Assembly: GCF_009914755.1 (NCBI RefSeq)
Contig: NC_060947.1
DNA from: the human T2T-CHM13v2.0 reference genome, Homo sapiens
Direction: 5' to 3' (one strand)
Length of the DNA: 64,000 nt
In this document: positions 49,398 to 64,000 of the stretch, in pieces
Position numbering within the stretch: position 1 is the stretch's first letter
How the letters are laid out: each line of letters opens with the position of its first letter
Made by a program: the position numbers and the translations under genes
The notes under the pieces: generated by a model
What the model was told of the DNA's origin: nothing
The model's database searches: none
Seen by the model: only the letters and a program-made list of their open reading frames with translations

Positions 49398-50019
49398 TCA
49401 ACTTAAATCTGAAGAGGCCCTTTATTCTTGCAAGGATTCCAGCTCAATAGAGATCTGCAAGAAGGACTCAAGTCAGACCCTATTGTTCCCTGAAACTGAG
49501 TCTCATGGACTCTCAAGGAGTCTCACAGAATCATCATGCCCATGGCTTTGAATGGCTCTGAATCCTTAAGGAAAATCAGCTGATGAGAGTCCAGAATATG
49601 GTTGAATAGGATGAATGAGCTTTTGGCTGCAATACTAGTTGCACAGTCATTATTTCCTAACCTGACTGTTATCAGTAAAGATCTCTTCAAGAAAACCTAA
49701 TTACTGGTCTACACAAAGTTTTCCTTTTCAAAAAAATCCACTGTAACAGCATCTCACACCCCATGAAAAATGATGGACTGCATATGCGAATAGCCAGGTT
49801 AACATTTGGCTTCACATTGCCAAGGAGCATCCATGAGATAGAAAGCTACCTGGAGGACCAAACAATCGATCTTAGTTAAAATCTTGGGAAGCAAGAATAG
49901 AAAACTTCTTTACCTGTTGTCCTACTTAACCTCCTCTGCAAAATGGTAATGTAGACAAATTGTCCAGTGCCCAGAGACACTGACAGGAGAGTGAACTCTG
50001 ATGTAGTTGGTATTTAATC

Positions 50020-50321
50020 TTTCTTTTTTTTTTTTTTTTTTTTTGACAGAATCTCACTCGGTCGCCCAGGCTGAAATGCAGTGGTTCAATCTCAGCTCAC
50101 TCCAACCTCTGCCTCCCGGGTTTAGGCAGTTCTCTGCCTCAGCCTCCCGGGTAGGTGGGATTACAGGCGGGTGCCACCAAACCCAGCTAATTTTTGTATT
50201 TTTAGTAGAGACGGGGTTTCACCATCTTAGCCAGGCTGGTCTTGAACTCCTGACCTCATGGTCTACCCGCCTGGGCCTCCCAAAGTGCTGGGATTACAGG
50301 TGTGAGCCACCGCGCCCAGCC
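50020..50321 (-). mobile_element. AluS
   Basis: Antisense dimer. Confidence 0.93.
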
Positions 50322-50604
50322 AGTATTAATCTTTCTAGAGCAAGTGGCTATATTTATGAAGACAAAGGACAGAGGAGCTAGGCCCTGTCCAGGATATCCA
50401 GGTCTACAAATCCTAGTCCTAGAAACATTTTTGATGGAAGAAAATAGGAAATGTGAAAACTTCTATAAACTATAGTCTCTGCTAACAGTTGGAAAGTAGC
50501 TGGTATTTCCAAGCTCGGATCTGCTGAGGAAGATCATAATTCTTCTGGTGAAGATTCAAATAAAAGAACAATGATTAATGATCTAGACTATTGAAAATAA
50601 TCCT

Positions 50605-51095
<491 letters not shown>

Positions 51096-51267
51096 ATTTA
51101 GAAAGACTATTCATAAAATGGTTAAAACCAAGCATTCTACTTGGAAGGTATATATGATGTAGTGGTTTCACAAAATGGAACTGGTGAGTGAAATAAGACC
51201 CTCCTCACTGAATGTTTCAAAAGATTCAGGGTTGGGGCCTTATGACATTAAGAGTGCACATTCTGAT

Positions 51268-51638
<371 letters not shown>

Positions 51639-51970
51639 TCAATGCTTTTCTTTTCCCATTTGTACCTGGCATAGCAACCAGCTACTACCATATAAAGTTC
51701 CCACTGCTCTAAAGTTTTAAAAATTCAGTGAGCTTGATCTATGTTTCAAATTTAGCCCAGTGCCTGGCATACGTAGAGCTGAATAATTATAATTATCTTT
51801 AATATTCTTCAGGCACACAAATAATCAATATAGGCTCCGAAAATATTTTCTTACTGTATAGACATAAGAGGTTCTCTTCTGAATTGGTTCTCTTCTGAAT
51901 TTCAGATGCTCGCCTTACCTCTTCTGGCATCAGTAGTTGCTCTTAATGCTCATGGTGGAAACGGGAATGA

Positions 51971-52507
<537 letters not shown>

Positions 52508-52763
52508 GGTTTTCTGGTTATTTTCTTGTTATATAAAATACAAAGCAACACTCTGGTTATAGGTAAATGCCCTTTGGTTGTTAGTGAATATACACAGCAT
52601 ATAAAATCCCAGAAGACAGGTCAGTGACGGCAGGGCCTATCACCTCCCACAATGCCACCTTCAATTAAAAAGAGAAAAGAAAAAGGAAAAAATGCTACAG
52701 ATGAGACAGGAAGGGGAGAGAATGTGCTTATGGAAGAGGAATGGATACCCAGCCCTTGGTTAC

Positions 52764-52955
52764 CTTCACGGAGCAAGAGTGCCTGCTCCACGCTGCTTTT
52801 TGGAGCCGCCAGATCAAGCGCACCTTTGCCCTGAGCATTTCTACGCTTCAGGTTAGCTCCATAGTCGGTTAGCAGGTGGATGACCTCCACATTGGACTGC
52901 CTCGCTGCAGCATGGAGTGGGGTGTCCAGCCACTGGCCATGGTCGACACTGGCTC
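52764..52955 (-). CDS. ASB11: ASB11 penultimate exon (192 nt; GASVDHGQWLDTPLH...ALLLRE)
   Basis: Overlaps ORF 52621..52890; aag/gtaacc; paralogous to ASB9 exon 6. Confidence 0.94.
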
Positions 52956-53484
52956 CTTAACAAAACAGATGGCCACAATTCAACACTAAATGTAATGTAA
53001 AGCACAATGAGCTTCAAATATAGTCATTGCATATAAAGACATTTTAAGTACCATGACATACTTGACAAATGTTTGAAAATATGCAACTCAAGCCTAGAAC
53101 CTCAGCAATGCCTACTAAGACTACTTGAAATTCTTTGGTGAGAAAAGTGAATTTAGATAGTTTTAGTCATTTTAAATACTTGCTTTCCCGTATAAACTGT
53201 GTGGCATACAAAATAAAGTATTTGAGGCTCCTGTTACATAGTTATTATGTTTTGGGACAAAAGATAAAGCTAAGTTTATTTAGTATTTATATTATTTGGG
53301 GCTCAAAAAATGATTTCTGAACTTACTATAGAGAATAGTAAATGATGGGAAATAAAAAAGACAAAAACTTCCTCAAGATAAAAATTCACAACTAAAGGTT
53401 TTTACTAAATCTCCACCTTTATGTCAGGGGCTAAGTTTGTTGAATCTTTAACCAAAGAATAGTTTCAAGATATTTCATTTTTCC

Positions 53485-53780
<296 letters not shown>

Positions 53781-54386
53781 GATATTTCATTTTTCCACGG
53801 ACTCTTGGTTTCTGTATATGCCTTTTAGAATTGCTTTTAAAATGACTAGATACTGTAGCAGGATAGATATAAACTAGCCTGTAGCAAATGTCTGTTTTTA
53901 CCGTCCAGCATCTTCCTGGCAAGCATACCTAGATTTCCCAAAGGTAAACCACCCTCTTGTTAGTTTCAGTTCTCGTGTTTCCAGTGAAGCCTAATAAATG
54001 CAGAGTAGGCTGAAATCTAGGCCTAAACTAATCAATATATTGTATTCCCTTGGCCCCCATGAGGGGTTCAAAGATGGGCATGTGACTTAAAAAGAGCCAA
54101 TGCTCTTTCTTGCTGCGTATGGATAAGGAGGGCTGTAAGCCCAGGTATTGCTGGCAGCTATCTTGTGACAACCAGGGAGAACAATACCAGGTAAATGGAG
54201 TTAACATCAAAGGAAGCAGGACTGAGAAATACAGACACTCATTTCTCTAGAGAAGTTTTGTTTTTAGCATTCAAACATAAAATGCTAACCGAATATTTTT
54301 CAACCATGACAAGAACTTCATCTTTGAAGCTGTAGAAAATCAACAAAGTTAACAGGTTTCTTCATGAAAATAATTTTGGAAATTAC

Positions 54387-54521
54387 CTAATTCTAGAAGT
54401 TTCTTCACACAGTCTACCCTCTGGTAGGTGCAGGCCACATATAGGGGAGTTCCGAGCTGAGGCACCTCATGGTCAATGTTAACATTATTTGCCAGCAGGA
54501 TCTCCATGCACTCTCTGTGAC
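54387..54521 (-). CDS. ASB11: ASB11 exon (135 nt; GHRECMEILLANN...KKLLEL)
   Basis: Within ORF 54349..54546; cag/gtaatt; paralogous to ASB9 exon 5. Confidence 0.94.
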
Positions 54522-54620
54522 CTGGTGGAACACAAGATACCCTCACTCAAGTAAGGGACATATTAAATATTAACAGAATTATAGGATTGCTTATCTGAAA
54601 TGGGCTTTAGAAATAACCTA

Positions 54621-54938
<318 letters not shown>

Positions 54939-56329
54939 CCTAGATCTCTTTTTGTAGCATAAAAACATTTTTGTGTTTGTTTTTGGAAATCTTAGGTAGA
55001 AACCACCAAAATAATACCAATAAAAAGAGGAGCATGCCCATGCTTCCCCACTCCAGCTCCTCTTTACAGCCCAAGTTAACTTTAACTGAACTAAGGGCTC
55101 CAAGTAGCACAGTTGAAATCACTCTCCAGAATGATGCCACCATTTTACAAATGGAAGTGACAAGACCCAGAGGGACAAACGACTAGGCCTATTATTACTC
55201 TGAAAAGCTAGTGCTCAAACCCAAGAGAACCCTGTCGCCTCTCCATTACAAATCTCTCATTCTCTTCTTTATCCATGCATGTGAGATTGGATATATGGCC
55301 TGCAACAGTACTTTGGTTAGTCTGAAAAATACCTATGAGAAAGAATAAAGAAGTCTTAAGTATAGAATATATTTAAATACACTTTCATATTCAGTGGCTA
55401 ACAACAACTATGTAAGCAAGCATTCTCTTTTGAGAGTTTGCCCAATAAATAGATAGACATGATAAATTTGCAACCTGTGAATGCTTTGTTCAGGAGAGAG
55501 TGCTTCTGAGGTATTGATGGGAGCTTGCAAAGAGTTAGTTCTCTTTGAAGATTTAAATATCTCCCTAAAAAATCATGTCATTACTAATTAATTTAGCCAA
55601 CCTATTTTTTGTAGATAACATAAAAGTAAGCTTCATTTTAGACCTACCTGATTTATCACAAATTCTAAATTAAGTATAAATATGCATTAAAATGTACAAA
55701 TCAGGACTGTCAATTCAAACTATTTGTTCACATAATTAAATATTATACCTGAATTACAGCATCAATATGTCAAGGTATTGACTCAAACTATGACTCAGCT
55801 TGTTCATAGAGGTTTAGAGCTATAAGAATCCAGAAATAATATCTAGTAAGTCCCTAAAACTACTTGGAAAATACAGGGTATTTAATACATATTTTTGAAT
55901 AATTCTTGTCTTTTTTTTGAAGAACAAGAAACAGCCTAGTTTGAGTTAAATTTAAATATTCTCAGAAAGTTTTAAAAATGAATACAGAAAAGTTAAATAG
56001 CTAGCACTAATACAAGTGTATAAAATAATGAATTTGCTAATCATGCTTACATTCTGTGGATATTTATCCTTAACATGCTTTTACAGTACAGAAAAATATA
56101 CAGAGACACACAAATTATGTGTTTATTATGAGCATATATATGTTTTATAGGCACATAGATACCAAAAGCTCCAAATATAATCAGTCAAGCACTGCAGACA
56201 TACTTAATTAATTCAAACCATTCTCAGTACTTATCAATTTTTAAACATTTGTATGGAAATACAAATAATATTAATTTTTACTTCAAAAATTTACTTCAAA
56301 TCAATATTAAATTTTTAATAAAGACTTTT

Positions 56330-57012
<683 letters not shown>

Positions 57013-58052
57013 CTAACATCAGCTATTAATTAATAAATATGTATTAAATACATTTAGAACATAAAATACATAGATAAATTTAGATTTGGGTCTTTTGCAT
57101 CATTTAAAGTAATCCACTGGAAAAAATTGGCAAGTGACATGTTTAATAACCTGGAACAAATCTTTCACTTTTGCTTTTTGAAATAAAATATTTCATCTCC
57201 AGTTACACCAGCAAAGATCACTATTCTAGAGTGTTTTAACTTCACCATTGTATTTCTGATCTCAGTATAAGAGAACAACTCCCTCACTTGCTATCATCAA
57301 AATGTTGCTCTTTGGGTGTGACCTTTGACAAATGGCCTTCTCCTTTCAGTGGCATCTTCTCGGTTCAGGTCTAGTCTGTACATACAGTCTTTAAATTCCT
57401 TAAATTTACTATTTTCCTTCACTTGGAAATTAACTGACAACACAGGAGTCTAGAGTCAGCTTCAAGATTACCAATGCTATACTTTGGAAAGTTGCAGCCT
57501 TTTCTTTTCAATAACTATGACCTTGAAGTCATCAGCCCATCTAGATTGTGTAACTTATTATGAACGGTTATATTTACTATTCCATTAGAGATAGTATCAG
57601 CCTTGGCTTTCAGATACTTTCATAGTTTATTTTAGGTTAGTGGTTGGTATTTTATGGGCTTTAGAGGATAAGCTATTCTTGCCTACTAAGGACAGAGACA
57701 TAAGCATAGTACAATTCAGGGAAGTCAGAACTACTGCCTTGGCTGTACCAGCTGCCACCAAAACACCAGCAAAGAGGATCTGGAAAGGCCTGCCAATAGA
57801 CCATCCCCAGGAAATGGGAAATTGGAGTCAGGAAAGCATTCCGAAGTTATAAGTAGGGCTCTTTTGTGCCACACTGGTATTTCCTGAAGATTTAGGCAAA
57901 TTGAAGTTACTGCTGTGGGATTTCTAGGCCACACATATTCTAATGGTGAGGAAGATCAGGGTCACCCTTGAATGACTAACACTAGACCATTGATTCATAC
58001 AGATTGGAGTGAGCCCATCAATGTTTCACATGCATTGTGGTGGCTCATTTAC

Positions 58053-58203
58053 CTCTCTTCACTGCCTCATGGATGGGCGAGGCCAGGTGCACCTCCAACT
58101 GGGCCTTGGCTCCGAACTCCAGCAGCACATTGACACATGCAGCACTGCCGCTGCAGCAAGCATTGAAGAGGGGTGTGGCTCCGTGAACTGTCACTCCATT
58201 GAC
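58053..58203 (-). CDS. ASB11: ASB11 exon (151 nt; VNGVTVHGATPLFNACCSG...SPIHEAVKR)
   Basis: Hand translation; ag/gtaaat boundaries; paralogous to ASB9 exon 4. Confidence 0.94.
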
Positions 58204-58689
58204 CTAATGATGGGCAAAGAGAGACCCAAAGGATTTGTTATTTCATTCTCACCATCTCCAAGTATGTCTTCCTATGTATTTGCCTAGAGGAATTCCCCAC
58301 GCTGGTGAATAAGTGAGGGAACTCCACATCTTTACAGTATTATGAAACCTCATGAAGTTATTGGGTGGATCGAGCGAGTTACTATATGTAAACACTTAAA
58401 ACATTACATGTCACCCAGTAAGCACTCAATAAGCATTTGCAACAACAATTATTTCCATTTTCCATTTTCCATTAATATGACTCCCCTCTGAATCATGAAC
58501 AAACATGGCAGGCTGTGGTCCCAAAATCCATGCTTACAAAATCCTTGGCAATTCTCCACAGATCTACTGTCTTTCTTGCCACAACTTCCTCTCTGGTCTA
58601 CTATAATCCATGCAAATTACACATGCCAGCTGTTACTTCTAGAGATAGCATGACCAAGCCAAAGGGACATAGAAAATAGCCATCAACAT

Positions 58690-58965
58690 TTTCTTAATCC
58701 AGTCTATCATTGTTGGACATTTGGGTTGGTTTCACAGGAAGGGGAACATCACACACCGGGGACTGTTGTGGGGTGGGGGGAGGGGGGAGGGATAGCATTA
58801 GGATGTAAATGACGAGTTAATGGGTGCAGCACACCAACATGGCACATGTATACATATGTAACAAACCTGCACGTTGTGCACATGTACTCTAAAACTTAAA
58901 GTATAATAAAAAATAAAAATAAAAATAAATAAATAAAATTAAAAGATTAAATTTAAAAAAAGGAA
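58690..58965 (+). mobile_element. Short L1PA insertion with 5' inversion
   Basis: 19-bp perfect TSD agaaaatagccatcaacat (58671-58689, 58966-58984); L1PA 3' UTR and A-tail. Confidence 0.93.
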
Positions 58966-59271
58966 AGAAAATAGCCATCAACATGGTGTCTGCAACCATC
59001 TTTGGTACCTTGTAGGGATGTGGGAAGCACATGAGAACCAGCAGGGCTGGGAGACATCTTTGTGTATCAGCAATAGATTGGAAAGAACATCGGGAACCGC
59101 AGGAGTGGTAGGGAGCCTCTGATGCCATTGAAATATAGGACAGTCAAGTTTGTGATGTGAAACAATTTTGCTTCAACAACTAAGGATGCATGCTTGTGAT
59201 AATCAGGATTCTAAATGTCCTTGCTTTGGACACAAAAAAAGACTTGTTTCCAGAGTTGCAATATAACCCGT

Positions 59272-59563
<292 letters not shown>

Positions 59564-59921
59564 TAAATTGGAAAGTTAAAGATAATATGCTAAGATGGCA
59601 GAGACAGACAAGGTCAGGGGAAAATGTGTGTAAATTTATATTGCTAGGGGTTTCTATATTTTTACTAAAAAATATTTGGTAGGACTAGTTTGATTTGTGT
59701 TTTACTAAGTTTCATCCTCACCCTCAGTCTAGGAAGTTGTCTTCTTATGCGATTTCCTATAAATTTCTCTTAGTTCACGTCAACAAACATTTATTGAGCA
59801 TCTACTAGGTGCTAATGTTTTGGAAACAATGATAAGACAATTGCCTCTCCTTGAGTGGGCTGAACAATTGCCTCTCCTTGAGTAGGCTGAATTCCATTAG
59901 GGAAGACAAATACAAAAAGAA

Positions 59922-60223
<302 letters not shown>

Positions 60224-60842
60224 AAAAAGAAATCATTTTGAAAATATAATAAATAATTTAGATGACTATGGGAGTAGGATAAAGGAGAGGATAGACTTGG
60301 GAAAAACTTAGAAAGTAAAATTAGCAGGAGTTTTTAATTAATTAGATAGGGAGATGAAAGAAATAAGATGACTCTCAGGTTTGCAGCTTGGGAAACCAAG
60401 AGGATGTTTCTTTCACCAGGCCTCTGAAACTAGGAACCCAAGATGAGGAGCAGGTCCCAGAGGGAAGAACATGATAAGCTCAGTTACAAATGCACTGAGT
60501 TTGAGGTATTCATGGGACTGCCAATTGTGGGGGACTTTCTACTGATGGACCAACTTTCTCTTATTTCGTTTCTCATTCTGATTTAAATGTTAAATGGTGT
60601 GCTACAGTATTTATTGGCTGTTTCTTTATAAAATTGACAAAGACAAGGAAACATGTCTTATTCTTCTCTTTGTGCCCAACAAAACCTCCTCTCTGACCTG
60701 ATATTGTCAGCAGTCTGCCTGTGACTCCAGTCATCTAGCTTGAAAGGAAACGGCTCTCACACAGCCTTCCTTCATCATTACCCATGAGCTGACTGAGTGG
60801 TAACTTAGAGAAGCACTACCTAATGAAAATGCATGACCACTT

Positions 60843-61175
60843 GGCAGGGCACGGTGGCTCACGCCTGTAATCCCAGCACTTTGGGAGGCCAAGGCGGGCG
60901 GATCACCTGAGGTCAGGAGTCTGAAACCAGCATCGCTGGTTTCACTAAAAATACAAAAATTACTGCACTAAAAATACAAAAATTAGCTGGACGTGGTGGC
61001 GGGCACCTGTAATCCCAGTTACTCAGGAGGCTGAGGCAGGGGAATCGTTCGAATCTAGGAAGTGGAGTTTGCAGTGAGCTGAGATTGTGCCACTGCACTC
61101 CAGCTTGGGCAACAGTGTTAGTGAGACTCTGTCTAAAAATAAAAAGATGGAAAAAAAAAAAACAAAAAAAGAAAA
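60843..61175 (+). mobile_element. AluS with an internal rearrangement
   Basis: TSD gaaaatgca(t/c)gaccac. Confidence 0.92.
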
Positions 61176-61639
61176 TGCACGACCACAATGGCATCAGGAA
61201 AATTAGTTTTCACAAGGAAGACTTTTATATTCAGTTCTACATGTAGAAACCCGATTTCCATATAAAATGTTTTAAATTGTCATTAAGCACTTAAAAACAT
61301 TGCAGCTCATAAAGTAAATAATGCAAGGACTGAGTTAAACAACAAAATTAGAAACAAAGAACATCTGGCAACTAAACACAGAAGATTTTTAGAAGTTGTG
61401 ATTTTATGATTCTATTCTGATATCTGTATTATATATTGCACCTCAGTCACCCTTTGAAAAAAGTTTGGAGATAAATTTAAAATAAGATAAAGTTCAATTC
61501 TGTAGGTTTCCCCCAATGTATTATTTATTAAAAGCTCGCTCATTTTGATAATTTTGCTCAATAAAAATAGTTGTTCATTTAAGGTGTTGAATTAAGAGTG
61601 TTTTCTATTGTTCTTTAAAATCTTGTTATTAAGCCTCAT

Positions 61640-62222
<583 letters not shown>

Positions 62223-62456
62223 TTAAGGTCAGCAACACAGTTTTAAAAGGTTCCTGTGAGTTGCCATGTCTGAATATTTACACACAGGGGGGTAAGTTGA
62301 AGAGAGAGGAGTAGCCTAAATGATGGAATACGGACATGGATAGAACCAGCCCAGCCCTTACCCACAGTGGGTAAGCCATCTGGAAGGTAAACTATCATTA
62401 AACATTAACAGATGCATCTGGCCAGACAGACCCAAGTGGGCAGGGGCAGTACTCAC

Positions 62457-62564
62457 GTGTGCACCATTTTCCAATAAGGCTTTGGCACAGGCCACGTGAC
62501 CTCCAAGGCATGCCTCGTGGAGAGAAGACACCCGGTTAATTGTCACAAGGTTCACATTGACACC
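62457..62564 (-). CDS. ASB11: ASB11 internal exon (108 nt; GVNVNLVTINRVSSLHEACLGGHVACAKALLENGAH)
   Basis: tag acceptor and gtgagt donor; same size and phase as ASB9 exon 3; upstream exons lie outside the window. Confidence 0.94.
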
Positions 62565-62586
62565 CTATAATTTAGAAAGAAGAGAG

Positions 62587-62717
62587 TTTATTTATTTTTT
62601 ACAGACTGGGGTCTCACTGTGTTGCCCAGGCTGGTCTCAAACTCCTGGCCTCAAGTGATCTTCCTGCCTCAGCATCCTGAGTAGCTGGGATTTCAAGTGC
62701 AAGCCACCAAGCCCAGC
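62587..62717 (-). mobile_element. FLAM / Alu monomer next to the ASB11 acceptor
   Basis: Monomer; TSD agaagagagt(t/g). Confidence 0.8.
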
Positions 62718-63049
62718 AGAAGAGAGTGAAATACTGCATTAGTGATAGCAATGAAAGCAATGTTGTTTCACATGTTTCTGACATTTTCACAGTCTGTGGG
62801 TGTAATATTAGTACCATAGAGAGAGAAGTAGAAGTTACGATCAGGGGAGCCTAAAGACAGCATGACAGCCTCACATTCATTTATCCAAAAGAATGTTAAT
62901 TCTGCATTCTGGAGCAGGTAATGTACTAGGACCTGGGTCTTCAAAACTTATGACATGGGTCTCTCTTCTCCCAGAGCCTACTGGGGAGGCAGAAATGAAA
63001 GACAAAAGAGCAAGAATATTGCTATACTGGAAGCATGTCCAAAATTAGT

Positions 63050-63700
63050 TTGGGAGCATAGGATATCCTTGAATCTGGCTTGGGGAGTAAGAAAAACCTT
63101 GCAAATGAGGTAGTATTTAGCTAAGACTTGAAGCATAAAATGTTTCAAGCTGTGAAGACCAAGAAAGAGTATGCCATTAGGAGAGAATAGAAACTGCAAA
63201 TTCAGGAAGCAACAGGAAGTTATTTCCTGTTGCTTCCTGTTGCTTCCTGTGGCAGGGCCACAGTCGGATTTCTGGAACAGAAAGAACCCACAGAAAGTAG
63301 AAGCAGGAGATGGGAGGAGACAAAGGAGGACAGTAAGCTGGAGCTAGGTCATGAAAGGCCTTGATTTCCAAACAAGGAGGGCATGTCTTAGAGGAAATGG
63401 AGCACCTATGAAGTCTGCTAGGCTGCGGAGGGTCTGGAGCTAATAGATTAGCCTTTTTAGAAGCTTACTGGTAGCAGCATGGAGGGTTGATTGCAGGAGT
63501 AGGGATGTAAGACCAAAGCAAGGAGAGCCACAGAGATGTCACTATGAGTCTAGGAACAGGCTGGCATGGGCCTGCTGTGGCTGTGAATAACAGTAGGTAT
63601 GAGGTATAGATGATGGAGTGCAGACAAGTTCAGGAGGTCGAGCTGGATCTGAAACAAAACAATAACTCCCAGGCTTAAGAGTAAGTAGACTGTGCTCCTA
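63050..63700 (-). mobile_element. L2 fragments
   Basis: G/A-rich antisense L2-like text. Confidence 0.5.
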
Positions 63701-64000
63701 GGATTCATGTGCTGTGGAGTAGCAGCACTGCTTCAGCCATGACTCCACTGTGTGCAGAGGTCTCTGAAGTCCTAGAGTCCGGGGCCAGCGGACTTCTCCT
63801 AACCTTCATCTCCTCACCCAGGTATGAGTGCCTCCACCCTGTCCTAACACATTCTCCCTCCCCATACTACCATGTGTCCCCTTCCTTGTCCTGGACTCCA
63901 TGTGACAGATGACAAGGTCAGCCTAGCTGCTGGACAACTCTGACTTCATAACCTGATTTTAACAACTTGGCTCTTACCATTTCCCTCCCTCTGATGATCA

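Noticed and set aside
51870-51901. 16-bp tandem duplication ggttctcttctgaatt x2
   Set aside because: Ordinary slippage indel in an intron

Overview
Primate (almost certainly human, Xp22) genomic DNA. It holds two tandem minus-strand paralogues of the ankyrin-repeat/SOCS-box E3-ligase adaptor family. ASB9 is complete: 7 coding exons, 885 nt = 294 aa + stop, 34757 to 8565. ASB11 is represented by its last five coding exons (62564 to 48388); its 5' part lies beyond the window. Most of the rest is introns and intergenic DNA dense in Alu, L1, L2, MIR, LTR and DNA-transposon relics, and nearly all ORFs in the supplied track are repeat-derived. The most unusual structure is a ~275-bp inverted duplication of the putative ASB9 promoter (arms 33730-34003 and 35035-35311) that brackets the first coding exon and keeps a perfect 47-bp core with CCAAT and CRE-like motifs. 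Other notable items: an Alu-Alu recombination tandem duplication, an LTR12 with 13 CCAAT boxes ~3 kb upstream of ASB9, a SOCS-box-less read-through isoform, a uORF, two twin-primed L1 insertions, template-switch hairpins and a probable hAT transposase relic. Gene and repeat names come from recall, not database searches; repeat boundaries are approximate.
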